From Anolis carolinensis (taxonomy: Eukaryota), in the NCBI RefSeq assembly GCF_035594765.1, contig NW_026943824.1:18347237-18411236 (forward strand): a stretch of DNA of 64,000 bases. The letters are read 5' to 3'. This document shows positions 38,401 to 50,759 of this stretch, piece after piece; the first letter of the stretch is position 1; each line of letters begins with the position of its first letter. The position numbers were made by a program, and so were the translations under genes. Under the pieces are notes generated by a model, which was not told the DNA's origin, ran no database searches, and saw only the letters and a list, made by a program, of their open reading frames with translations.

Positions 38401-41195
38401 TATTCGCTTATCCAACATTCTGCCGGCCTGTTTACGTTGGATAAGCGAGACTCTACTGTATATTCTAAGCATTACCTGTGCCATCTTTTTAATACGATTT
38501 TCCAAATCCTTTTGCTTTTCTGGAGCTTTCCGGAGCTTTCTGTGGCAGTCTTCAGCGGTGCCCATAAAGGCACGAAGGGAAGCTTCCAATTTAATGTTGG
38601 AAAAATCATGCTCCTTCTGGTCCGTCAAGCAAGCAGGCTTCTGCAAGAAAAAAAAAATTAAAATAGTTCGCAGTCAGCGAGGGAAGTGTACAGCAAATCG
38701 TCAACAGACATTTATAGTGAAGCAAAAAGTGGGTGCTAGAAATAATATATGAAAGCTGACCGGCACAACCAGGAATCACAACCAGACACTGTGAAGACAT
38801 CTGCCTTTGTGCTTGGCTACTCTGCTGCTGAATACGCATGTCCAGTATGGGACACATCTCACCACGTTAAAACAGTGGATGTGGCTCTTAATGAGACTTG
38901 CCACATTACCACAGTATTTATAATTGGAGAAATTATACTGTTTAGCTGGTATTGCAGCAACTCATATCCATTGGAAAGTAGCAGTCAACAATGAAAGGAC
39001 CAAGGCAGTGACATCTCGGGCCCATCCTCTGTTTGGATGTCAGCCAGCAAGTCAATGCCTTAAATCAAGAAACAGCTTCCTAAGATCTACAGAGACACTC
39101 ACAGGAAGACCTAAGCAAATAAGAGTCCAAAAGTGGCAGGCTAAAACCCAGAACCTCAATCCATGGCTGAGACTGGAGGATAGATCCCTTCCTGAGCAGA
39201 CAGAAGACTGGGCGACATGGAATAATAATAATAATAATAACAACAACAACAAAATTACGATCTGCCAACTGCAAAAGGCCACCCAACTAGGATCTGCACG
39301 CATAATCCGAAAATACATCACACAGTCCTAGACACTTGGGAAGTGTTCGACTTGTGATTTTGTGATACGAAATCCAGCATATCTATCTTGTTTGCTGTGT
39401 CATAATAAAATAATAATAATAATAATAATACATCACACAGTTCTAGACACTTGGGAAGTGTTCAACTTGTGATTTTGTGATACGAAATCCAGCATATCTA
39501 TTTTGTTTGCTGTGTCATACAATATAATAATTATAATAATAATACTTTATTTTTCTATCCCGCCACCATCTCCCCGAAGAGAGCTAGCCCAAAATAGAGA
39601 CAAAGTATAACAGGATTAAAACCAATATCAATAACTAAGAAACAATTATCACAACAATCAAGTAAAATAAACAATTAAAACATAGCATACAATAAAACAC
39701 ATAGTGATCATACAAAATGAGGTTCAGTAGAGTCTCACTTATCCAAGCTTCACTTATCCAATGTTCTGTATTATCCAACGCAGTCTGCCTTTTAGTAGTC
39801 AATGTTTTTGTAGTAAATGTTGCAATGTTTTGGTGCTAAATTTGTAAATACAATAATTACGACATAACATTACTGTGTATTGAACTGCTTTTTCTGTCAA
39901 TTTCTTGTAAAACATGATGTTTTGGTGCTTAATTTGTAAAATCATAATGTAATTTTATGTTTAATAGGCTTTTTTCTTAATCCCTCCTTATTATCCAACA
40001 TTTTAGCTTATGCAATTTTCTGCCGGCCTGTTTATGTTGGATAAGTGAGACTTTACTGTAATAATACAAGCGTCACCACTATGGATAAAAAGGGGTTGGT
40101 CATGAGACCAAGTCCAGATAATCAGAATAACACAAAATAAAATACATACATAAAGCAAATCAACAACAAATAGAAATTAAAACCAGATAAAAACACATTT
40201 AGGAGTAATCAATGCAAAACAGAACAAGGATTAAAATGAGAGCGAACTGGGCCAAAGTGCAAGGAGTATATATTGTAAACTGTACCCTCGGTTTCGCTTC
40301 TGATATGAGAAATAAATAAATAGCAGACATTTATAACCCAGGAACAAAAATTGTGTGACATGCGGTAACTATGCTGCATAAGCCGCATAGCAGCTAGAAA
40401 ATGCTTACCCCATACAAGCTTTCAGAGTCAGCATGGATGACTCCACACGAAGTGAAGGAATCTTCTTTTCTCTGCACATCAATGTAATATTTTCTAGGGG
40501 GAATAATAAAAATAATAATAATAAATAATAATGAACAAATGCAATTAAGGGCAAGATCGAAAAATCAGCTGATGACCCAAAATGCAGACTGTGCAAGGAA
40601 ACCGACGGAACCATGGATCATATCCTCAGCTGCTGTAAGAAAATCGCACAGACAGACTACAAACAGAGGCACAACTATGTGGCGCAAATGATTCATTGGA
40701 ACTTATGCCTCAAGTACCACCTCCCAGCAGCAAAGAACTGGTGGGATCACAAATCTGCAAAAGTATTGGAAAATGAGCACGCAAAGAGACTGTGGGACTT
40801 CCGAATCCAGACTGAGAAAGTTCTGGAACACAACACACCAGACATCACAGTTGTGGAAAAGAAAAAGGTTTGGATCATTGATGTCGCCATCCCAGGTGAC
40901 GAAAAACAACAGGAAAAACTCAGCCGCTCTCAGGACCTCAAGATTGAGCTTCAAAGACTCTGGCAGAAACCAGTGCAGGTGGTCCCGGTGGTGGTCGGCA
41001 CACTGGGTGCCGTGCCAAAAGATCTCAGCTGGCATTTCGAAACAATAGACATTGACAAAATTACAAAAAAGGCCACCCTACTGGGATCTGCACGCATCAT
41101 CCGAAAATACATCACACAATCCTAGACACTTGGGAAGTGTTCGACTTGTGGTTTTGTGATATGAAATCCAGCATATCTATCTTGTTTGCTGTGTC

Positions 41196-41240
<45 letters not shown>

Positions 41241-41496
41241 TAGTGGTTATCCCTCAGGCAGCCTTCTCCTAGCGCAAGCCTGGGCCTACTTCGGCCTTCC
41301 CTCCAGGAGTTTTGGACTACAACTCCCACAATTCCTAACAGCCGGCTGTTAGGAATTGTGGGAGTTGTAGTCCAAAACTCCTGGAGGGAAGGCCGAAGTA
41401 GGCCCAGGCCTGCGCTAGGAGTTCCAGCGCTTCTTCCTCGGTGCCTTACAGGCGGTGGGCCACCGCGCGAGCCAGGCCCCGCTCCCACGACGCCAT
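32406..41496 (-). CDS. Uncharacterised 7-exon protein-coding gene (~510 aa), head-to-head with COQ7
   Basis: Minus-strand exons 41496-41450, 40493-40409, 38640-38476, 37665-37616, 36531-36414, 35044-34896 and 33324-32406 give 1533 nt with no internal stop. Kozak ggcggccATGG. Donors GTAAGG, GTAAGC, GTAATG, GTATGA, GTATGT, GTATGC. Acceptors have pyrimidine tracts (one is GAG). Protein: MASWERGLARAVAHRLKYYIDVQRKEDSFTSCGVIHADSESLYGKPACLTDQKEHDFSNIKLEASLRAFMGTAEDCHRKLRKAPEKQKDLENRIKKMAQSYVPERRNEGKVKNVRWQKGLHRASQKSLHRTATPFMSPEEVERLVSSASKLIVATISEIPPEK...SCLNPP*. Confidence 0.8.
35286..36282. mobile_element. hAT-like MITE with nested Helitron
   Basis: CAGTGATGGCCAAC...CTTGCCCATCATTG termini. No TSD evident. 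Confidence 0.55.
36784..36824 (-). ncRNA. Minimal hammerhead ribozyme motif, sense to the novel gene's intron 4
   Basis: Minus strand reads CCT CTGAGGA T GCCTGC CATAGAT GTGGGT GAAAC GTC AGG. Confidence 0.55.
38750..39220 (+). mobile_element. Vingi/Ingi-like LINE fragment
   Basis: PDTVKTSAFVLGYSAAEYACPVW...VDVALNETC and LYCLAGIA...LKSRNSF, typical of the post-RT region of this clade. Confidence 0.7.
40530..41240 (+). mobile_element. R4/Dong-clade non-LTR retrotransposon 3' fragment
   Basis: CRLC...HILSCC zinc knuckle, RHN, WDFRIQ and PDITVV...IIDVAIPGD (restriction-like endonuclease), then 3' UTR and (TAA)n tail. Other fragments at ~2912-3165, 26957-27080, 39250-39520 and 59620-59885. Confidence 0.88.
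41267..41420. repeat. 154-bp near-perfect palindrome (hAT-type MITE hairpin)
   Basis: Centre CAGCCGGCTG at ~41339-41348. The arms are reverse complements with one mismatch that I can see. Confidence 0.9.
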
Positions 41497-41866
41497 GGCC
41501 GCCAAAGCTCCGTCGTTGTTTTGGCGTCGCCACGGCAACCGCCGTTCTTGGGATTGACTACCCTTTCCCACCAATGGGGACGCGAGGCTCCGGAGGGCGG
41601 TGACAAAACCAGCCAATCACAGCCCAGCAGAGGAGAGCAAGAGAAGGGCGGGGCCTCTCGCTGTCATGATATCCCACTTTAGGAATTGACGAACCTTTCC
41701 ACCAATGGGAAAACGAAGCTCGACAGAGCGGTGACCGAATAGACCAATAGAAATCCAGAAGAGGAGAGAGGGGCGGGACCTTCTCTTGTAAACTAAGAAT
41801 CTTATTTAAGGAAGGTTTACTCATCATTGGTGCGTCATCACTGTGCGCCGGGAGGTAAAGAGAAAT
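41497..41866. promoter_or_regulatory. Bidirectional promoter shared by COQ7 and the minus-strand gene
   Basis: 370 bp between divergent ATGs, CpG-rich. X-box GTCGCCACGGCAAC at 41526-41539. CCAAT at ~41571, 41613, 41702, 41744 and reverse at ~41826. GGGCGGG at ~41646 and 41771. TGCGTCA at 41831. A YY1-like AATATGGCGGC overlaps the COQ7 ATG. Confidence 0.75.
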
Positions 41867-42475
41867 ATGGCGGCGGCTGCTTCTTTGCTGTGTGGTACGG
41901 AGAGGCCTTGTTGTTGTTGTTTTGTTTTGTTTTTGTTGTTTTTCAGGATTTTTAATGCCCAGAGTCGTGGTTTGAGCCTTGGGCTGTGACTCTGACACTC
42001 TCTCAGCCCCTCTTGCCACATCCCAGCATTCTTTTTTAAACTATTATTATTATTATTATTATTGACACAAAGACATAGTATGACACAGCAAATGAGATCT
42101 ATATGCTGGATTTCGTATCACAAAATCACAAGTCGAACACTTCCCAAGTGTTTAGGACTGTGTGGTGTATTACTATTATTATTATTTGACAAATTACTTG
42201 ACGCCCCGAGTCCCTCTGGGGAGATGGAGGTGGGATATAAAAATAAAATTATTATTATTATTATTATTTTATTATGACACAGCAAACAAGATAGACATGC
42301 TGGATTTCGTATCACAAAATCACAAGTTGAACACTTCCCAAGTGTCTAGAACTGTGTGATGTATTATTATTATTATTATTATTTTATAATGACACAGCAA
42401 ACAAGATAGATATGCTGGATTTCGTATCACAAAATCACAAGTCGAACACTTCCCAAGTGTCTAGGACTGTGTGAT

Positions 42476-42510
<35 letters not shown>

Positions 42511-42713
42511 TTATAATGACACAGCAAACAAGATAGATATGCTGGATTTCGTATCACAAAATCACAAGTCGAACACTTTCAAGTCTCTAGGACTGTGTAA
42601 TGTATTATTATTATTATTATTTTATAATGACACAGCAAACAAGATAGATATGCTGGATTTCGTATCACAAAATCACAAGTCGAACGCTTCCCAAGTGTCT
42701 AGGACTGTGTGAT

Positions 42714-42748
<35 letters not shown>

Positions 42749-43290
42749 TTATAATGACACAGCAAACAAGATAGATATGCTGGATTTCGTATCACAAAAT
42801 CACAAGTCGAACACTTCCCAAGTCTCTAGGACTGTGTAATGTATTATTATTATTATTATTTTATAATGACACAGCAAACAAGATAGATATGCTGGATTTC
42901 GTATCACAAAATCACAAGTCGAACACTTCCCAAGTCTCTAGGACTGTGTAATGTATTATTATTATTATTATTTTATAATGACACAGCAAACAAGATAGAT
43001 ATGCTGGATTTCGTATCACAAAATCACAAGTCGAACACCTCCCAAGTGTCTTCCCAAGTGGTTATGATTTTACAAATTAAGCACCAAAACATCATGTTAT
43101 ACAACAAATTTGACAGAAAAAGTAGCTCAATACGCAGTAATGTTATGTTGTAATTACAGTATTTACGAATTTAGCACCAAAATATCATGATATATTGAAA
43201 ATATTGACTACAAAATGGCTTGGATAATCCATAAGCTTGGATAAGCGAGGCTTGGATAAGTGAGACTACTGTACATGTATTATTTTCCTG

Positions 43291-43336
<46 letters not shown>

Positions 43337-46110
43337 ATGTATTAATTTTGTTGTCGAAGGCTTTCATGGCCCGGATCACAGGGTTGTTGTATGTCTTTTG
43401 GGCTGTGTGGCCATGTTCCAGAAGTATTCTCTCCTGACGTTTCGCCCACATCTATGGCAGGCATCCTCACAACCTCTGAGGATGCATGCCATAGATGTGG
43501 GCGAAAGGTCAGGAGAGAATACTTCTGGAACATGGCCACACAGCCCAAAAGACATACAACAACCCTATTACATGTATTATTTTACTCTACTATTATTAAA
43601 AGGATACATAAAGCACATTTACATTGAAGAAGATGAGAATAATGATCCAATCAGAGTTGGACAGTCTTATCTTAAATTTTAGCTTGATTTAAATATTCAA
43701 AAACATTTAACCTACCGATGCCTCAATTAATGTAATTTTATTGGTATCTGTTTTTATTTCTGAAATTTACCGCTCTCGGCTTATACTGGAGTTAATGTTT
43801 TCCCAGTTTTCTTGTGGTAAAATTAGGTGCCTCGGCTTATATTCGGGTCGGCTTATACTCGATTATATACGGTAATTCTCTGGTCATAACTATTCCTTGT
43901 AGTATATTGTTTCCAAAAGTAGGTAGCAAAATCTGGTGATCAAAATTTGTGAACCTTAGGCCTTACCAAAAACAGCCCGGAGGGCAGAATCCTTGGTCTA
44001 CTTCTCTATGTTTGTTTGTCTTTGTTCTATGTTAAAAGGCATTGAATGTTTGCCTATATGTGTAATGTGATCCGCCCTGAGTCCCCTTCGGGGTGAGAAA
44101 GAAGGGCGGAATATAAATGCTGTAAATAAATAAATAAATAAAATACTGTATTTTTGACAGGTGCAAGAAGAAGATGGACTTTGCAGCCCATATACTCATC
44201 TCTCAGATTTTGTGGAACTGGAATGAACTCGGATAACGTCAATAAGGCAGTTCTTGATCGCATAATCAGAGTGGATCATGCAGGCGAATATGGAGCAAAC
44301 CGCATTTATGCCGGGCAAATGGCAGTGCTTGGTAGAACGTCAGTAGGACCAGTTATCCAGGTGCTTGTCCACATGTTTCTGATTTATTTTTTCTCATATG
44401 TATCAGAGTGTGAGTGCTGGTTCTGAGATCCAAAGCAAAATCACAAAACAGATCACACACTCTTTGATTGTGTGTTTTGATTGTGTGCTTCTACATGCAA
44501 GGGTTGGACTGGATGGCTTTTGTGGTTTCCTCCAACTCTAGGATTCTATGCATTTGCACTGTTTATGAGTCTATAATGTTGGCTGCATTCAGAGGAAACA
44601 CTCCTGAGCCCCCAAAGTGTGATTTGAATGATTGGGAGCCAGTTTCCATGCTACTCAGAGTGATCGTTCATGAACTGGTGCTAGTCTGCAAGACATTCAG
44701 TGGTAGGTTTCCAGGAAAGAAAAAAATCAGTTGTAGCCAATGGGGAAAAAAATTAAGTGCCCCAATGTATGATTAGAGATAAGAGCATAGAAAGTGTGCG
44801 CGCGTATACATGATATACTGGTCTTAAACCACTTCATTTGATGTGTTGCAATAGCAGATTCCCAGATTAGCTTAGTGTTTGCACCTTATTTTATTTTTTT
44901 TGGTGATTTAATATTTAATGTTTATTTTACTTAAGTGATATTTGTCTTTACTGTTCTAATGTAGCACAAATCCTATGTAAAATCATACTATGTATTTTTG
45001 ACATTAATATTGAAATCTGAAATATATACCGCTGCCTGTTTGTGATCATCCCAGATAGTAATTTGCCAAGGTATGCATGCAAACATGGGACTTGTTACTG
45101 AAACTTAAGTGAGATTGTTTGAAAGTTCAATGATATGGTGTCTAAATGACGTAATGATAATGTTCAGATGTGTAGCTTTGTGTTTGTCTGTGGGGATGAG
45201 AGAGGCTGAGGGGTTTCAAAATCCTTTGTCATGAATACTGGAGAGTGTTAGCATTAGATAGCTAACCCCGTACGGTATTATCCGGTATTTATTAGGTCTT
45301 TATTTTATTATCTATGCATTTTATCTCATTATTGTATTCTTGCATAGATGTTTCAGTTCCTCCACCCATGTAGACGACAGAATTGTAATTGATGGTTGAT
45401 TGATATTATTAACTATTCTAATACCTTTGTTTTATATTGTATTTTGTTTTAATATTGTTATATTGTGATTGTATGTATGTTGTTTTTATCTGATTATGTT
45501 GTTCAGGCTCTGCCCCATGTAAGCTGCCCCTAGTCCCCTTGGGGAGATGGTGGTGGGGTATAAATAAAGTTTTATTTATTTATTAGCGACATTTATATCC
45601 TGACATTCTCACCCCGAAGGGGACTCAGGGCGGCTTACAAGTTATATATACATACAATAAATTATATTATTAGTATAGCACAATATAAGCACTATATAAG
45701 CATTATATATTATTATATTGTACTATATGACTATATTGCAATATTATTAGTAATATTACATGTAATATAAATATACTATTATAATAGTGTATTATTATTA
45801 TTATATGGTATTACATTATATTATTATCAATATTATATGTATTTACAATAAATTATATTATTAGTATAGCACAATATAAGCATTATATATTACTATATTG
45901 TACTATACCACTGTATTGCAATATTATTAGTAATATTGCATGTAATATAAAGATACAATTGTAATAGTGTATTATTATTATTACATTGTATTAAATCATA
46001 ATATTATTATCAATATTATATGTATATATGTATATACAATATATTATATTAGTATTGTATAATATGAGTATTATATATTATTATATTGTTAAATTGATAC
46101 AGGAGACATG

Positions 46111-46151
<41 letters not shown>

Positions 46152-49061
46152 TCTCCTAAGCCAGTGTGGTCCAACCTGTGGCCAATTCATTTTTGTTGGC
46201 CCTTGCCCTTCTTAATGGAAAAATATTTTAATTTAACATTGGGAAAAAATTATTTACCCTTCTTACTGCTTTAAGTTTTTAAGGAACGTGTGACGATGAA
46301 TGCCATTTTCTTTGACTATGTGTGTTGTTTTTAAACACAGGAAATGTGGAATCAGGAAAAGGAACATTTGAAAAAATTCAAGGATTTAATGATCACGTAC
46401 AGAGTCCGGCCAACTGTTCTGTTGCCCTTTTGGAACATTGCAGGGTTTGTGTTAGGTGAATTTCCCAAATTGTTTTGTTCATTTTTAACCCAAATCTATA
46501 TATGAGGCACACATTTGATTTTTCAAATACACTTAAAACAAACAGGAGCCGGAACCGCCTTACTTGGAAGAAAAAGTGCAATGGCTTGTACCGTGGCTGT
46601 AGAAGAGAGCATCTCCGATCATTATAACAACCAGATCAGGACACTCATGGAAGAAGATCCAGAAAAGTACAGAGAATTGTTAGAGGTATCCTTTAACCGT
46701 ATGGTAATCTATATATATATATAAATGTAATGTGGCGTTTTACTATGGAGTAAACAACAATAAATAAATAGATTATAAATATAATATGTAATAATTACTA
46801 TGGTATAATAATGCAGAACAATATAATCTCTAAAACGAGGATAGTAAACAAAGAGCAACACTCTGAAAACAAGGAAATTGGGAATTCCAGAAAGGAAAAA
46901 ATCAGGGCCAGCTAACACCTCCCAACAAAGGATTCCCCCAGGCAGGAAGCCAACCAGGCTTTGAAGATGCAAGGCAATTAAATGCTAATCAAGGTGGCTA
47001 ATTGCAGCATTCCTACCTGCTACACCGAGACTATTAATTGCTATTCAAACTGGCCGACCAAGGATTCCGCAAGGGAGAAAGCGGCCAGGCTTGCAAGCAG
47101 CAAGGCTATTCAGTGCTTCTCAACCTAGCCAACCAAGATTTCCCCTAGATAGAAAATCCCCAGGCTCTGAAGCCACAAGGCTACTCGGTCCCATCCAACA
47201 AGGCCTAGCAAGGATGCCCTATGTAGAAAGCGGCCAGGCTTTGAAGCTGCAAGACTATTCAGTGCAATTCATTCTGGCCAAACAATGATTCTCTAACTAA
47301 GGAAGTAGCCAGGCTTCAAAGCGACTCTTTGATTGAGGGTGATACTCCAGCTACTCCAGAAAACGGCCAGGCTTTGAGGCTGCAAGGCTATTCACTGCAT
47401 TTCAAAAGATGTAGAGTGCACATTCTTTATACCTTTTATTCTTATTTGTTTTTAAACCAGACAATAAAGAAATTTAGAGATGAAGAGTTGGAGCATCACG
47501 ACACTGGACTCGACCATGATGCAGCACTGGTAAATATACGTAACATGAACTTTGCTAGCTAGGGATTAGGGTACTTATTAGACACTAATACCCTCCCCTC
47601 AGCATCAGCATAGTACTATATAATATAATAATATTCTGCTATGGTAATAATATAATATATTGTATATACATGTAATATATTCTACTAATAATACAATATA
47701 ATAATAATACACTATTATAATTGTATACTTATATTACATTTAATATTACTAATAATGTTGCAATATAGTGATTTAGTACAATATATAATGTTTATATTGT
47801 GCTATATGAATAATATAATATATTGTATATCCATATCATATTGATAATAATATTATAATATAATACAATATAATAATAATACACTATTATAATTGTATAT
47901 TTATATTACATGTAATATTACTAATCATATTGCAATATAGTGGTTTAGTACAATATAGTAATATATAATGATTATATTGTCCTCTATGAATAATATAATA
48001 TATTGTATATACATATCATATTGATAATAATATTATAATATAATACAATATAATAATAATACACTATTATAATTGTATATTTATATTACATGTAATATTA
48101 CTAATCATATTGCAATATAGTGGTTTAGTACAATAAAGTAATATATAATGATTATATTGTCCTCAATGAATAATATAATATATTGTATATACATATCATA
48201 TTGATAATAATATTATAATATAATACAATATAATAATAATAATACACTATTACAGTAGAGTCTCACTTATCCAACATAAACAGGCCAGCAGAATGTTGGA
48301 TAAGCGAATATGTTGGATAATAAGGAGAGATTAAGGAAAAGCCTATTAAACATCAAATTAGGTTATGATTTTACAAATTAAGCACCAAAACATCATGTTA
48401 TACAACAAATTTGACAGAAAACGTAGTTCAATACGCAGTAATGCTATGTAGTAATTACTGTATTTACGAATTTAGCACCAAAATATCACGATGTATTGAA
48501 AACGTTGACTACAAAAATGCATTGGATAATCCAGAACGTTGGATAAGCGAGTGTTGGATAAGTGAGACTCTGCTGTATAATTGTATATTTATATTACATG
48601 TAATATTACTAATAATATTGCAATATAGTGGAATAGTACAATATAATAATATATAATGCTTATATTGTGCTATGCTAATAATATAATATATTGTATGTAC
48701 ATATGACTTGTAAGCCGCCCTGAGTCCCCTTCGGGGTGAAAAGGGCGGGATATAAATATCACAAATAAATAAATAGTAAATATTTTTGACAGCCTGGAAA
48801 ACTCACAGCAACCCACATGGAGGGCCACATGTTCTCACCTCTGTTTTTCTTTTATCTTCACATTCCATGCATTAGTCTTTTTTCTGATGTGTCATTTTAA
48901 AAATTACTACAGTTTTCAAAGTAATTTAGTATGAAATATACTAAATAGCCTTATCTTCTATTTTTCTTTTTCTTTTGTTACAGGCTCCAGCATATTCAGT
49001 CCTGAAGAATACAATACAGATAGGATGTAAAGCTGCAATATTTTTATCAGAAAGAATATAG
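41867..49061 (+). CDS. COQ7: 5-demethoxyubiquinone hydroxylase (CLK-1), mitochondrial di-iron enzyme, 6 exons, 209 aa
   Basis: Exons 41867-41894, 44161-44360, 46341-46455, 46546-46685, 47461-47529 and 48984-49061 (TAG), 630 nt. Motifs [64 protein letters not shown] and [12 protein letters not shown]. Confidence 0.97.
42080..43050 (-). repeat. Tandem array of 8 R4/Dong 3'-end units separated by (TTA)n
   Basis: ATGACACAGCAAACAAGATAGATATGCTGGATTTCGTATCACAAAATCACAAGTCGAACACTTCCCAAG recurs at ~42080, 42274, 42389, 42516, 42627, 42754, 42865 and 42977. Confidence 0.9.
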
Positions 49062-50759
49062 CAAACGTTTTTGACAATAATAGAATAACAGGTATAAATT
49101 AAGGATTTATCAGGACATTCAAATAATATAAAATAAAAGTTATACAATAATCGTTCTCATTTTCCATTCTGTCCATCTGAATTTTGTTACCACATTCTGA
49201 GTAGAGTGCTAAAGTATCCCAAGATTGAAGGAATGTCACGCTAGTTAATATTACAAAAGACTATGCTTTCATAGCACCTCCTTTCTAATGTTTAAAATTG
49301 TTAATACCTGTGGTATTTGCAAATAAGATAGTTGATTGTGTTATTAGTATCTATGTGCGAAGTTTCGCAGATCAAATTGAATATATACTGTACTAGCTGT
49401 GCCCGGCCACGCGTTGCTGTGGCTTATGGGAATCGTTTATTGGCCAGGTGGAATAGCACTGAATAGCCTTGCAGCCTCAAAGCCTGCCCGTTTTTTTTCT
49501 TATGTGAATCCTTATTTAGTAAGCTGGAATACAATGGAATACAATGGAATAGGCTTGCTGGTTGGGAGGCTGGGTACTTGCGTTCCAGGGGAATAATTTT
49601 TGGGCTGGTAGAATTGCACTGAATAGCCTCGCTGCTTCAAAGCCTGGCCGCTTTCTACATAGGGGCATCCTTCACTGGCCAGGTTAAATGGGATGAAGTA
49701 GCCTCGTGGCTTCAAAACCTGAGGATTTTCTATCTAGGGGAAAATCTTGGTTGGCCAGGTTGAACAGCACTGAATAGCCTTGCTGCTTGCAAGCCTGGCC
49801 GCTTTCTATCATGTGGAATCCTTGGTTGGTCAGGTTGAATAGCAATTAATAGTCTCAGTGTAGCAAGTAAAAGGTACAATTAGGCACCTTGATTAGCATT
49901 TAATGGCCTTGCAGCTTCAAAGCCTGCCTGCTTCCTGCCTGGGAGAATCCTTTGTTGGGAGGTGTTCGCTGGCCCTGATTGTTTCCTTTCTGGAATTCCC
50001 AATTTCCCTGCTTTCAGAGTGTTGCTCTTTGTTTACTGTCCTCGTTTTAGAGATTATATTGTTGTATATTATTATACCACAGTAATTATTATATATTTAT
50101 AATCTTATATTATCTGCTAAGAGCTGGATTATATGAGGCCCCTTCTACACAACTGTGTAAAATGCACACTGAAGTGGATTATATGGCAGTGTGGACTCAA
50201 GATAATCCAGTTCAAAGCAGATACTCTGGATTATCTGCCTTGGTATTCTGGGTAATATAGCTGTGCAGTAGGGCCTTGAGTCTACACTGCCATATAATCC
50301 AGTTCAAATCAGATAATCTGTATTTTATAGGCAGTTTCTATTTCCCCTAGACAACCACTGTCACCAGTAGCCCTTGCTGTTGATTTGTGAGTTAGCAACT
50401 GGGATTCTCCCAGGTTATGTTTTGGGCACAATTCTGTTTTGCTGCTAAGGAACGCCAGGGTGCTTGCGGAGGGCAGTGTGTACCTGGAATGCTTTGTGTA
50501 TACACACAGCCATGGAGATGAGCCAGGGAATAAGTTCCTTACAGTAGGTGTTTGGAAAACAAACAGTTGCTTTAAGTGTCCCACATTCCATGCCATTTTT
50601 ATCATCTTTGTACATGAACAGGAATAACGGGTTCAAGGGAGGAGAATGGAGCAGCAATAACAACTCAGATGACCCAGGACCGTGTTGCAATATAGTGTTG
50701 TAGTGCTATTACTCCACTTTAACTCACCATGGGAGAAATTTGTAGAACTTGGGTTTGTA

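Noticed and set aside
42080-43050. CRISPR-like repeat/spacer appearance
   Set aside because: Eukaryotic DNA, the spacers are (TTA)n microsatellite, and the repeats are R4 LINE 3' ends.
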